Source of the DNA: Clostridia bacterium
Lineage (GTDB): Bacteria; Bacillota; Clostridia; RGIG6154
DNA length: 38,382 bases
Reading direction: 5' to 3'
Assembly: GCA_045589295.1 (NCBI GenBank)
Contig: JAZNOU010000019.1
Span: 1 to 38,382, forward strand
This document shows, in pieces, positions 9,204 to 18,979 of the stretch. A program made the translations under genes and the position numbers. The stretch's first letter is position 1. The number at the start of each line of letters is the position of its first letter. Under the pieces are notes generated by a model. That model made no database searches. It was not told the origin of the DNA and saw only the letters and a list, made by a program, of their open reading frames with translations.

Positions 9204-12200
9204 ATGAATGTGTTTACCGAACTGTTAAAAGAACAAGAACAGTTTAAACAGATTTTACAATCGTTAAAATCCGGCAAATCTCCAATAAGAATAACAGGAA
9301 CATGCGAGACGCAAAAAGTGCATCTGGCATTTTCTTTATGCAATGTATTATCTAAAAATATGCTTTATGTAGCACCTGACGATATTACTGCAAAATTTGT
9401 CTTTGAAGATTTGAAGTTTTTTACGGACAATGTTTTACTTTTTCCATCAAAAGAAATTATTTTGCATCAGGTTGATGCTAAAAGCGATGAAAATGCCAAA
9501 AAAAGATTAGATGTTTTAAGTAAAATGACAGTTAGCGATAGATTTTTTATTGTAACAACAATTGAGGCTTTAGCGCTTAAAGTCGGAGATAAAAAAAGTT
9601 TCATAAAAAAATCAATAAAAATTAAAAATGGGGATATTTTGGAGGTTGAAACCTTAACAAAGCAATTAAACTCTTTGGGGTACAAACGTGAAGCAAACGT
9701 TGAAGCGAATGGCCAGTTTGCTGTAAGAGGTGGAATAGTTGATGTTTTCCCTTACAATGTAACCATGCCACTGAGAATTGAATTTTGGGATAATGAGGTT
9801 GATGTAATAAAGTGGTTTGATTCAGACACACAACTTTCTGTTGAAAAAACGGATTGCGTGTTTATTCCGCCTGCAACTGATGGATTTGGCGAGAATTGTG
9901 TGACACTTTGTGATTACCTTGAAAATTACATTGCGTTTTATGATGAACCACACCACATTGATGAATATTACAACAGTGCTGTTAAAGAACTTACGGATAA
10001 AATTTTATCTGCAATTGAGCATGATTCATTTATTAATAAAGATAAAGCAAACGTTTCGTTTTATTTAGAAGACTATAATGAAATTTTGAACTCTATTTCA
10101 CCATCACCAATCGTGGGGTTGTCAAATCTGTCTACAGCAGCTAAAGGGTTGAAACCAAAAGAAATCTTTCATCTATCGGCAAAGTCTATGCCATCATATC
10201 ATGGCAATTTAGCACTTATGTGTGAGGATTTGCAACATTATGTTGAAAATTTATACAGAATTATAATACCATGCAGTACTGATGTTAAATTTAACACTTT
10301 AAAGCAAATGCTTAAGCAACAGGGTGTAAAGGTTAGTACAAATATTAAAACATTACCACAGCGAGGTAGTGTAACCCTGATTAATGGTAAGCTGAGGTTT
10401 GGTTTTGAGTACCCGTTAGTAAATTGTGCTTTTTTTTCTGATAATGAATTTGGTGCAGACAAAAAATCATCTAATCTGCGTTTCAAAAGAAAGACAAATG
10501 TAAGAAATATATCAGATATAAATATTGGTGATTATGTTGTTCACTATATACATGGGATTGGTGTTTATAAAGGTATACATCAGTTAAGTGTAGACAACAT
10601 TGTTAAGGATTATATTAAAATTCAATACAAAGGGTCTGATATGCTTTATGTTCCTGTCAATCAACTTGATATGGTTAACAAATATATTGGTGCAGAAACA
10701 GGTGTTAAAGTCAACAAGCTTGGAAGTAATGAGTGGAGTGCTACAAAGAAAAAAGTACGCGAATCTCTAGAAGTTTTAGCAAAAGACTTAATTGACCTTT
10801 ATGCAAAACGCGAGAATATGAAAGGGTTTAAGTTTTCGCCTGACTGTGATTACCAGCATGAGTTTGAAGATACGTTCTTATATTTAGAAACCGAGGATCA
10901 GTTAAGTGCAATAAAAGACGTAAAAAAAGATATGGAATCTGACAAACCTATGGATAGATTGTTGTGTGGTGATGTTGGTTATGGGAAAACCGAGGTGGCA
11001 ATACGAGCCGCATTTAAGGCGGTTTTAGATTCTAAACAAGTTGCTTATCTGGTGCCCACTACTTTGCTTGCAAAGCAGCATTTTGATACATTTTCTCAGC
11101 GTATGAAGGACTTTCCAATCAAAGTTGAGATGCTAAGTAGATTCAGGTCTAAAAAAAATCAAGAGAAAATTATTGAAGAATTAAAAAATGGTAGTATAGA
11201 TATAGTTATTGGCACACACAAATTATTACAAAAAGGTATAGGGTTTAAAGATTTAGGATTGTTGATTGTTGATGAAGAGCAACGTTTTGGTGTAAGTCAT
11301 AAGGAAAAAATTAAGGAACTAAAAAACAATATTGACGTGCTTACACTTTCGGCGACACCTATACCTAGAACTTTGAATATGGCAATGACGGGGCTAAGAG
11401 ATATGAGTGTACTTAATGATCCGCCGAGCAATAGACATCCTGTGCAGACATACGTTATGGAATATGATGAAAATACCGTTAAGAACGCGATAAGAAGGGA
11501 AGTTGCAAGGAACGGACAAGTGTACTATTTATATAATAGAGTTGAGGGTATTGAACGTCTTGCTGCAAAACTTTCTTCAATGTTGCCGGAACTTAGAGTT
11601 GTTTATGCTCACGGGAAAATGAGCGAAAAAGAGCTTGAAAATGTTATGGGTGCAGTTTTAAATAATGAGTATGACGTTTTAGTTTGCACAACAATCGTAG
11701 AAACAGGTCTTGATATTCCAAACATGAATACAATGATAATAGAAGATGCTGATAAATTTGGACTTTCGCAATTATATCAATTACGCGGAAGAGTAGGCAG
11801 ATCTTCTAGGTTGGCTTATGCATATCTGCTAGTTAAAAGAAATAAAATACTTGATGAAGTTGCCGAGAAAAGACTTAAAGCGATTAAGGAATTTACTGAA
11901 TTTGGATCAGGAATAAAAATTGCAATGCGTGATTTAGAGATCAGGGGAGCTGGAAGCGTTTTAGGGAAAAGACAACATGGGCATATGAATCAGGTTGGTT
12001 ACGAATTATATTGTAAACTTTTAGATTCAGCGGTGCGTAAATTGAAGGAAAATGAAGAGTTTGTTGAAGATATTTCTGTTACTATTGATATATCGGTAAG
12101 CGGGTTTGTGCCTTCGAGTTATATAGAAGATCAAAAAACAAGAGTAGATGTTTATAAAACCATAGCATCAATTGGTTCTGTTGATGATTCGATGAAAGTG

Positions 12201-12521
12201 ATTGACGAATTAATTGATCGATTTGGTGATGTGCCACCGTCGGTTCTTAATCTTATTGATGGTGCGCTTATAAGAAACGTTGCTAAACTTTTGTTTATCA
12301 CCGATGTTTCACAAAAGGGTGATATTGTTTATTTTAAACTTACTGATAAAACACCTATGGATAAAGTTATAAATTGCGTTTCTAAAAACAGAGTTGAACT
12401 TTATATTTTGGGTAAGGACACACCGGTGTTGGCCTACAAACCGCAAAAAACATCACAGAAAAGTATTTCAAAAAGCGTACTGAAGATTTTAACTGATATT
12501 TATAATATTGATATGGAGTGA
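9204..12521 (+). CDS. mfd: Transcription-repair coupling factor
   Basis: RID domain (GDYVVHYIHGIG), CGDVGYGKTEVA, DEEQRFGV, SATPIPRT, QLRGRVGR, TRG motif. Conserved pth-mfd order. Confidence 0.97.
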   Translation: MNVFTELLKEQEQFKQILQSLKSGKSPIRITGTCETQKVHLAFSLCNVLSKNMLYVAPDDITAKFVFEDLKFFTDNVLLFPSKEIILHQVDAKSDENAKKRLDVLSKMTVSDRFFIVTTIEALALKVGDKKSFIKKSIKIKNGDILEVETLTKQLNSLGYKREANVEANGQFAVRGGIVDVFPYNVTMPLRIEFWDNEVDVIKWFDSDTQLSVEKTDCVFIPPATDGFGENCVTLCDYLENYIAFYDEPHHIDEYYNSAVKELTDKILSAIEHDSFINKDKANVSFYLEDYNEILNSISPSPIVGLSNLSTAAKGLKPKEIFHLSAKSMPSYHGNLALMCEDLQHYVENLYRIIIPCSTDVKFNTLKQMLKQQGVKVSTNIKTLPQRGSVTLINGKLRFGFEYPLVNCAFFSDNEFGADKKSSNLRFKRKTNVRNISDINIGDYVVHYIHGIGVYKGIHQLSVDNIVKDYIKIQYKGSDMLYVPVNQLDMVNKYIGAETGVKVNKLGSNEWSATKKKVRESLEVLAKDLIDLYAKRENMKGFKFSPDCDYQHEFEDTFLYLETEDQLSAIKDVKKDMESDKPMDRLLCGDVGYGKTEVAIRAAFKAVLDSKQVAYLVPTTLLAKQHFDTFSQRMKDFPIKVEMLSRFRSKKNQEKIIEELKNGSIDIVIGTHKLLQKGIGFKDLGLLIVDEEQRFGVSHKEKIKELKNNIDVLTLSATPIPRTLNMAMTGLRDMSVLNDPPSNRHPVQTYVMEYDENTVKNAIRREVARNGQVYYLYNRVEGIERLAAKLSSMLPELRVVYAHGKMSEKELENVMGAVLNNEYDVLVCTTIVETGLDIPNMNTMIIEDADKFGLSQLYQLRGRVGRSSRLAYAYLLVKRNKILDEVAEKRLKAIKEFTEFGSGIKIAMRDLEIRGAGSVLGKRQHGHMNQVGYELYCKLLDSAVRKLKENEEFVEDISVTIDISVSGFVPSSYIEDQKTRVDVYKTIASIGSVDDSMKVIDELIDRFGDVPPSVLNLIDGALIRNVAKLLFITDVSQKGDIVYFKLTDKTPMDKVINCVSKNRVELYILGKDTPVLAYKPQKTSQKSISKSVLKILTDIYNIDME

Positions 12522-12525
12522 TTGT

Positions 12526-13041
12526 ATGGATGGTTTTAAAAAAATATGTGCAAAAGATATTGAAAGAAATTTAATAAACCTTATTGGTGAAGATTACATG
12601 TTAATTACCGCAAAAGATGATGAGAAAATAAATATGATGACGGCAAGCTGGGGATTTGTTGGTGTTATGTGGAACAAAAATGTTGTAAACATTGTGGTAA
12701 GACCTTCCAGATATACGTACAATATATTGAAAAAAAACAACTGTTTTACGTTGAATTTTCTTAAAAAAGGAAATGCGGAAATTTTAAAATTTTGCGGTAC
12801 AAAGTCGGGCAGAGATTTTGATAAAGTTAAGGAAACCGGTTTAATACCTGTTGAAATAGAAGATGGTATTGTGGCATTTTCACAGTCAAAACTTGTTTTT
12901 AAATGTAAAAAAATTTATGTTCAGGATATGGAAAAAGACATGTTTGTAGAAAAAGATTTTGGAGAAAAAACATATCCTAATGATGATATTCATACGATGT
13001 TCATTGCTGAAATACAAGAAGTATACGAAAATTTAAACTAA
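12526..13041 (+). CDS. Flavin reductase-like (flavoredoxin) protein
   Basis: NMMTASWG, VRPSRYT, CGTKSGRDFDK, HTMFIAEI. Start at ATG 12526 after GGAGTG. Confidence 0.85.
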   Translation: MDGFKKICAKDIERNLINLIGEDYMLITAKDDEKINMMTASWGFVGVMWNKNVVNIVVRPSRYTYNILKKNNCFTLNFLKKGNAEILKFCGTKSGRDFDKVKETGLIPVEIEDGIVAFSQSKLVFKCKKIYVQDMEKDMFVEKDFGEKTYPNDDIHTMFIAEIQEVYENLN

Positions 13042-13145
13042 ATTGGAATTTTCTTTAACTTTTTGAAAAACATTCTTGGATATAAAAAATGATGGTGTAA
13101 AAAATATTATTGTGATGAAAATCACAAAAATATTTAAGGAGTGTC

Positions 13146-13346
13146 ATGATTATGTCAAGAAGAAGTAAAGTAGTAGTTCCTGAAGCAAGAGCTGCATTAG
13201 ACCAGTTTAAAATGGAAGCTGCAAATGAAGTAGGTGTTAACCTTAAACAAGGTTACAATGGTGATTTAACATCAAAACAAGCAGGTTCTGTTGGTGGACA
13301 GATGGTTAAAAAAATGATTGAATCATACGAAAATTCAATTAAATAG
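13146..13346 (+). CDS. Alpha/beta-type small acid-soluble spore protein
   Basis: LDQFKMEAANEVGV...GDLTSKQAGSVGGQMVKKMI SASP signature. Start may be 13152. Confidence 0.95.
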   Translation: MIMSRRSKVVVPEARAALDQFKMEAANEVGVNLKQGYNGDLTSKQAGSVGGQMVKKMIESYENSIK

Positions 13347-13358
13347 TAAGTTTTATTT

Positions 13359-13398
13359 AAAGCTAATAGCCGGACAAAGTCCGGCTATTAGCTTTTTT
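13359..13398 (+). terminator. Intrinsic terminator after SASP gene
   Basis: aaagctaatagccggac-aaa-gtccggctattagcttt plus T tract. Confidence 0.9.
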
Positions 13399-13445
13399 CA
13401 CATTTATGATACATTTAAATATATTAATATTGAAAGGGTGAGGTA

Positions 13446-14018
13446 ATGGCAATAAAAATTTTTATTGATCAGGGACATAATCCTGAAAATATTAATGCTG
13501 GTGCTGAGGGAAACGGACTCAGAGAGCAAGATATAACATATAATGTAGGTATTTTCTTGCGTGATTTGTTAAACAATGATTACCGTTTTGATGCGATAAC
13601 TTCAAGAAATACACCTACAGAGTCTTTGGGGTATAACAATACTAGCAGTTTACAAGAGAGGGTAAATAAGGCTAATGAGTGGGGGGCAGATTATTTTATA
13701 AGTATACATGTAAATGCTGCGGAAAATCCAGCGTTTAATGGTAGCGAAATTTATGTTTACAATCAAGGTACACCCATTTTTTATATGGCAGAAGATATTT
13801 TAAATCAGATTACTGTACAGCTTGGCACCCAAAATAATGGTGTAAAAATTAATAAAACTTTTTTTGTTTTAAGGAGAACACAGATGCCTGCAATGTTGAT
13901 AGAACTTGCATTTATCACAAATTCTTCAGATGCACAAAAGTTGCGTGATAATCAGTATGAGTTTGCTTCTGCAATATATGATGGAATTTTAGAATTTTTC
14001 GGTTATCAAAGACTTTAA
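13446..14018 (+). CDS. N-acetylmuramoyl-L-alanine amidase (Amidase_3), catalytic domain only
   Basis: IFIDQGH, E (LREQD), ISIHVNA, LIELAFITN Zn/catalytic motifs. No signal peptide or binding domain. Confidence 0.9.
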   Translation: MAIKIFIDQGHNPENINAGAEGNGLREQDITYNVGIFLRDLLNNDYRFDAITSRNTPTESLGYNNTSSLQERVNKANEWGADYFISIHVNAAENPAFNGSEIYVYNQGTPIFYMAEDILNQITVQLGTQNNGVKINKTFFVLRRTQMPAMLIELAFITNSSDAQKLRDNQYEFASAIYDGILEFFGYQRL

Positions 14019-14024
14019 TTTGTA

Positions 14025-14060
14025 ATATAAAATGACCACTAAACAGTGGTCATTTTATAT
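14025..14060. terminator. Bidirectional terminator between amidase and tRNA-Arg
   Basis: atataaaatgaccact-aaac-agtggtcattttatat perfect 16-bp arms. Confidence 0.85.
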
Positions 14061-14075
14061 ATTTGGATATAACTT

Positions 14076-14152
14076 TGGAGCACCCGATGGGATTTGAACC
14101 CACTACCTTCAGAGTCGGAGTCTGATACTCTATCCAGGTGAGCTACGGATGC
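14076..14152 (-). tRNA. tRNA-Arg (CCG)
   Basis: Reverse complement GCATCCGTAGCTCACCTGGATAGAG...TCAGA-CTCCGAC-TCTGA...GGTTCAAATCC...GGGTGCTCCA. 77 nt, encoded CCA. Confidence 0.96.
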
Positions 14153-14164
14153 AAACATAGCTAT

Positions 14165-14193
14165 ATTTTAAGTTAAAAATATAATGTTGTCAA
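14165..14193 (-). promoter_or_regulatory. sigmaA promoter of tRNA-Arg(CCG)
   Basis: Minus strand TTGACA-17 bp-TAAAAT. Confidence 0.75.
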
Positions 14194-14197
14194 GTTG

Positions 14198-14896
14198 TTA
14201 ATTTATTAACTTAGAGATTTCATTTCTCAAGCGAGAAATGATCCTTTTTTCCAGTCTTGAGATGTAAGATTGTGATATTCCTAGCATATCGGCAACCTCT
14301 TTTTGCGTTTTTTCTTCTTGGTTTTTTAAACCAAATCTAAGTTGCATTATTATTTTTTCTCTGCCAGATAATTTTTCTAAAGCTTGTGATAACAATTGCT
14401 TATCTGTTTCCTCGTCTAATGATTTTTGAATAATATCGTTGTCTGAACCTAATACATCAGATAGTAATAATTCATTTCCGTCGTGGTCTGTGTTTAGAGG
14501 CTCATCAATAGAAATTTCATATTTTTGTGCACTCACTTTACGTAAATGCATAAGGATCTCATTTTCAATACATCTTGAAGCGTATGTAGCAAGTTTGATG
14601 TTTTTTTCTGGGTTGAAGGTGTTAATAGCTTTTATCAAGCCAATCGTTCCAATAGAAATCAAATCTTCAATATTTATTCCTGTATTTTCAAATTTTTTTG
14701 CAATATACACCACTAAACGCAAGTTGTGTTCAATTAAAATCTTTTTTGATTGTTCATCATAAATGTTCTTTAAATAAAACTGTTCGTCTTCTTTTGGTAA
14801 TGGCGCTGGTAAATTTTCTCCACCGCCTATATAATACACATTTTCTTTGTTGCCAGAAAAGAAACAGAAAATAAATTTTATGAGATTTTTAAACAT
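14198..14896 (-). CDS. sigE: Sporulation sigma factor pro-sigmaE
   Basis: N-terminal pro-sequence, [62 protein letters not shown]. Follows spoIIGA. Start 14896 with GGAGG. Confidence 0.95.
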   Translation of the reverse strand: MFKNLIKFIFCFFSGNKENVYYIGGGENLPAPLPKEDEQFYLKNIYDEQSKKILIEHNLRLVVYIAKKFENTGINIEDLISIGTIGLIKAINTFNPEKNIKLATYASRCIENEILMHLRKVSAQKYEISIDEPLNTDHDGNELLLSDVLGSDNDIIQKSLDEETDKQLLSQALEKLSGREKIIMQLRFGLKNQEEKTQKEVADMLGISQSYISRLEKRIISRLRNEISKLIN

Positions 14897-15716
14897 ATAC
14901 ATCCTCCGTGTTCGAAATATGTAAATCATTACTAGTTGTGGCGCTTAAAAGTATGTCATAATCACTATAAAAAGAATTTTCAGTAATACCGATATAAGCT
15001 TCGACAGGAATGTTGTCAACAGTGATTTTGTCTGGTTTAAAAATTGGAATAAAACCTTCGTTTAAGATAGTATTACATTTGATGTAGTCAAAATTTTCAG
15101 CATGGCTACCTACAACTGAAAGCAAAACATTTCTGTATGCGATGAAAACTGGCAATTTGTCTGGGGTTGTAAGAGCGTTGCCACTGTCACAGAACCCAGT
15201 CAAAGTTATTCGAGAGTTGTTATTTGTTATTTTAACAGTCTTGTAATTAGAATTTACAGGTGTTTGCCTAGCTAATAATACTAATACTGTTTTGCTGGAA
15301 ATATATAATAGCAAAAGTGCCGTGCATAACTGCGAATAGGAAACAGAATATTTATAAGATTTTGAAATAAAGTAAAAGGTTGTGTTTGTTATTGTCAGTA
15401 ATCCAGAAAAAACAAGTGAATAAATTAAAAATATCGAAATAAGCTTAAGAGTTGTTTTGAAACTTTTTCTTTCTGTAGAGTAATGACACATAAAAAGTAT
15501 GGCAAAAAATTTATAAAATAAGCTTAAATAGTCAACATTTAAAAAAACTATGAATATCGACAGGAATGACCCAAGTGATCCGGTAGCCAAAATTCTAGGT
15601 AAACTAACCTTTAACTTGCATGCTCTAATGCTGAATAACATCAGAGTGCAGTTGATAATTGAATTGCTGATAAAATAAACATCAGCATTAAAAACCCATT
15701 TAATATTTATCACCAC
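14889..15716 (-). CDS. spoIIGA: Pro-sigmaE processing aspartic peptidase
   Basis: About 5 N-terminal TM segments, catalytic DSGN motif (FCDSGNAL), overlaps sigE start. Confidence 0.85.
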   Translation of the reverse strand: MVINIKWVFNADVYFISNSIINCTLMLFSIRACKLKVSLPRILATGSLGSFLSIFIVFLNVDYLSLFYKFFAILFMCHYSTERKSFKTTLKLISIFLIYSLVFSGLLTITNTTFYFISKSYKYSVSYSQLCTALLLLYISSKTVLVLLARQTPVNSNYKTVKITNNNSRITLTGFCDSGNALTTPDKLPVFIAYRNVLLSVVGSHAENFDYIKCNTILNEGFIPIFKPDKITVDNIPVEAYIGITENSFYSDYDILLSATTSNDLHISNTEDVYV

Positions 15717-15732
15717 TTTTCTTTTTAAGTGA

Positions 15733-15765
15733 ATTATAACATACTAAAGATGATTATTTTGTCAT
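15733..15765 (-). promoter_or_regulatory. spoIIG-type long-spacer sigmaA promoter, probably Spo0A-activated
   Basis: Minus strand ATGACA-21 bp-TATAAT (TG-extended). Over-long spacer is characteristic of Bacillus spoIIG/spoIIE promoters. Confidence 0.55.
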
Positions 15766-15784
15766 ATTTTATAGATAGGGTTGC

Positions 15785-16699
15785 CTAATTAATTTTAGTA
15801 ATTGTAGTTGTTGGATAGTACTTTTTAAGAATGTCGGTATAATTCAGTCCGTTTTTAGCATATTCGTTTGCTCCGTGTTGACTCATTCCTACGCCGTGGC
15901 CATAACCGACAACATTAAAAATGTAAGTGTCTGCTTCTTTTTTTACTGTGAAGTTTGCAGAGCGTAGTTTAAGTGCATTTCTAACTTCTTGACCAGTGTA
16001 TAAATTACCAAATATTTCTATATTTTTAACACTTCCACCATCTGTTCTTGAAATAATTTTAATATTATTATCTGAAGTTTTAGGGAAGTGTTCTTCTAGT
16101 TCAGTTTGATGGAATGATGCACAACTGTGATAACCATTAACATTTTTATCTAACTCACTGTTTGTGTTTATTAGATATGGAAGTTGCGAACTCCACACAT
16201 CAGAAGATTTTTCTGTCGTGCCGGAAGAGATGGAATGAAAAACCGCTAATATTGGTTCGTTTTCAAAAGTTATAATTTGGTTTTTAGTTTCTTCTGTTAA
16301 AACTTTGTATTTTGAAAGAGCTAATTTGTTTTGCTTGTTTTCTTCGTCTTCTGATAAAAAAGCGGTGCAGTGTCCAAAATCAGTACAAACATCTGCACCA
16401 TTATGTTCAGGAATGCTTGCACCAATTTTTCTAATTGCATATGTTCTTATAGCGACAGCCTGAGCTTTTATTGCTTCATCTTCAAATGTTGATGGCATTT
16501 CCTTAGCTGTGGCCCGCCAAACATATTCTTCCAGTGACATCATTGATATTTTTTTGTTTTTGGTGTTGTATACTGAAATATAGTGAGTTTCTTCAGTTGT
16601 GGTTTTTGTTTTTATGTTACCAATGTATAAATACATAACTATAGGGATAATAATCATAAAAGATATGCAATAGATTATATTTAAACTTGCATTTTTCAT
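15785..16699 (-). CDS. spoIID: Stage II sporulation protein D (lytic transglycosylase)
   Basis: N-terminal TM, LEEYV...EMP...EAIKAQAVAIRTY, VCTDFGHC, GYGHGVGMSQHGA. Start 16699 after AAGGAG. Confidence 0.92.
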   Translation of the reverse strand: MKNASLNIIYCISFMIIIPIVMYLYIGNIKTKTTTEETHYISVYNTKNKKISMMSLEEYVWRATAKEMPSTFEDEAIKAQAVAIRTYAIRKIGASIPEHNGADVCTDFGHCTAFLSEDEENKQNKLALSKYKVLTEETKNQIITFENEPILAVFHSISSGTTEKSSDVWSSQLPYLINTNSELDKNVNGYHSCASFHQTELEEHFPKTSDNNIKIISRTDGGSVKNIEIFGNLYTGQEVRNALKLRSANFTVKKEADTYIFNVVGYGHGVGMSQHGANEYAKNGLNYTDILKKYYPTTTITKIN

Positions 16700-16748
16700 A
16701 TTTATTTCTCCTTGTAAGCAGAATGTTAAATACAATAAGTATATGTTA

Positions 16749-16777
16749 TTGACAAATTTTTCAGAAGAGTGTATACT
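16749..16777 (+). promoter_or_regulatory. sigmaA promoter of citrate synthase
   Basis: TTGACA-17 bp-TATACT. Confidence 0.7.
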
Positions 16778-16831
16778 ATACAATATGAAATTTAGCGAAA
16801 AATAAAATTGCGAAATACGGGAGAAAATGTA

Positions 16832-18205
16832 ATGAATAATAAATATTTGGAGAATTGCAGAATCAATCAGCATCTTGATAATCTTGTTGAATTAGCTGAG
16901 AAAACAGACTTGATTCCTGGTGAACTTTATAGTAAATATAACGTAAAACGTGGCTTGCGTAATTCTGATGGTACAGGTGTTTTAGTTGGATTAACATCAA
17001 TTGGTGAAGTTCATGGATACACAATAGAAGATAGTGATAAAATACCAGCAGACGGTAAGCTTTTATATCGTGGACTTGAATTAAAAGAACTTGTTTCCGG
17101 ATGTTTAAAAGACGACAGACACGGTTTTGAGGAAATATGCTTTTTAATTTTATTTGGTAAATTGCCAAACAAAGAACAACTTAAAGACTTTAAAGAGCTA
17201 CTTGTACAATTGAGAGAGTTACCTGATAATTTTATCGAAGACATGATAATGAAGGCTCCAAGTCCAAATATTATGAATAAGCTTGCAAGATCAGTGCTTG
17301 CGCTTTATTCTTATGATTCAAATCCGGATGATATTTCAATTAAAAATGTTTTAATTCAGTCAATCGGGTTAATAGCAAAATTTCCTGTTTTTATTGCTAA
17401 TGCTCATACTGTAAAACGTCATGCTTATGATAATGATAGCTTATATATTCACATACCAAATCCTGAGTTGGATATTGCGGAAAACTTTTTGTACATGATA
17501 AGGCCAAACCGTGAGTTTACTAAGGAAGAAGCGGATATTTTGGACTTGTGCCTTATGGTACATGCAGAACACGGCGGTGGTAATAACTCAGCCTTTACAA
17601 CTCATGTGGTTTCTTCAACGGGGACTGATACATATTCTTCTATTGCTGCAGCTGTCGGAGCACTAAAAGGTCCGAAACATGGTGGGGCATCATTGTCTGT
17701 TACAGAAATGTTTGAAGATATTAAAGCTAACGTTTCTGATTGGAAAAACGAACAAGAAGTTGAGGAATATTTAACTAAAATAGCAAAAAAAGAGGCATTT
17801 GACAAAACTGGTTTGATTTATGGGATGGGACATGCTATTTATACAATTTCAGATCCAAGGGCAGTTATGCTTAAATCAAAGGCTAGGGAACTAGCGTGGC
17901 TTAAAGGTAGAGAAGACGAATTTGCACTATATGAATTAGTTGAAAAATTATCTCCAATTGTTTTCCAAAAAGTAAAAGGAAATACAAAAATGTTGTGTGC
18001 TAATGTTGATTTTTACTCAGGGTTTGTTTATAGCATGCTTGGAATTACAAAAGATCTGTATATTCCTATTTTTGCTATGTCAAGAATTGTTGGTTGGTGT
18101 GCACACAGAATAGAAGAAATTATTGCAGGAAGAAAAATAATGCGACCAGCATATAAAAGCGTCACACACAAAAGTGCTTATATTTCACTGGAAGATAGAG
18201 ATTAA
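16832..18205 (+). CDS. gltA: Citrate synthase (Si-type citrate/2-methylcitrate synthase family)
   Basis: GKLLYRG, HAEHGGGNNS, GPKHGGA, GMGHAIY...DPRA, NVDFYSG, RIVGWCAH. Confidence 0.92.
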   Translation: MNNKYLENCRINQHLDNLVELAEKTDLIPGELYSKYNVKRGLRNSDGTGVLVGLTSIGEVHGYTIEDSDKIPADGKLLYRGLELKELVSGCLKDDRHGFEEICFLILFGKLPNKEQLKDFKELLVQLRELPDNFIEDMIMKAPSPNIMNKLARSVLALYSYDSNPDDISIKNVLIQSIGLIAKFPVFIANAHTVKRHAYDNDSLYIHIPNPELDIAENFLYMIRPNREFTKEEADILDLCLMVHAEHGGGNNSAFTTHVVSSTGTDTYSSIAAAVGALKGPKHGGASLSVTEMFEDIKANVSDWKNEQEVEEYLTKIAKKEAFDKTGLIYGMGHAIYTISDPRAVMLKSKARELAWLKGREDEFALYELVEKLSPIVFQKVKGNTKMLCANVDFYSGFVYSMLGITKDLYIPIFAMSRIVGWCAHRIEEIIAGRKIMRPAYKSVTHKSAYISLEDRD

Positions 18206-18251
18206 TATAAGAATAGTTGAGTTCAAGAGTAATTTAGTAGAGGTACATTTA

Positions 18252-18965
18252 ATGAGAATTCATAAATTTCTTGCCGAATGCGGGGTTGCTTCAAGGCGTA
18301 CTTCAGAAAAGTTGGTTAATGAAGGTAGAGTTTTGGTTAATGGGACTGTTGCCAAAATTGGACAGAATATTGACGAAGGAAATGATGTGGTTTCAGTAGA
18401 CGGCAAGGTTGTTGAAAGAAATGACAAGAAAATTTATATAATGTTATATAAACCTTTAGGCGTTGTTTGCACATCTTCAGATGATAAGGGCAGAAAGACT
18501 GTAATTGATTTGATTAAATCTGATATCAAAGAACGTATGTTTTGTATTGGCAGATTAGATTACAATACCGAAGGCTTGATTTTACTTACAAATGATGGTG
18601 ATTTTTCTAATAAAGTTACGCATCCTAAAAATAAAATTGCAAAGACATATTTGGCAAGAGTAAGTGGTGGAGTTGTTTCAAGAGAAGATTTGAAACAACT
18701 CAGAGAAGGTGTTGTTCTTGATGACGGAAAGACAGCTCCTGCAAAAGTGTATATTGAAGATATATATAATGATTCCACCACCTTGATAAAGATAACTATA
18801 CGTGAGGGTAAAAACAGGCAAATAAGGAGAATGTTCGACGCAATAAATCATCCGGTTGTTGATCTGAAAAGAGTTGAAGTAGGCGGAATTTGTCTTGGTA
18901 ATTTGCCATATGGTAAATGGAGACATCTAACCAAACCGGAAATAGATAAAATTATGAAAAATTAA
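18252..18965 (+). CDS. rluB: rRNA pseudouridine synthase, RsuA/RluB family
   Basis: S4 domain (RIHKFLAECGVASRR), GRLDYNTEGLILLTNDG, EGKNRQIRRM. Confidence 0.9.
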   Translation: MRIHKFLAECGVASRRTSEKLVNEGRVLVNGTVAKIGQNIDEGNDVVSVDGKVVERNDKKIYIMLYKPLGVVCTSSDDKGRKTVIDLIKSDIKERMFCIGRLDYNTEGLILLTNDGDFSNKVTHPKNKIAKTYLARVSGGVVSREDLKQLREGVVLDDGKTAPAKVYIEDIYNDSTTLIKITIREGKNRQIRRMFDAINHPVVDLKRVEVGGICLGNLPYGKWRHLTKPEIDKIMKN

Positions 18966-18979
18966 GTGTGGAAGTAAAA

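Noticed and set aside
16700-16873. N-terminal extension of spoIID in the ORF track (likewise for spoIVA, sigE, hisS, rpmE, rluB)
   Set aside because: Downstream ATGs have clear RBSs, and the extensions overlap promoters or neighbouring genes.
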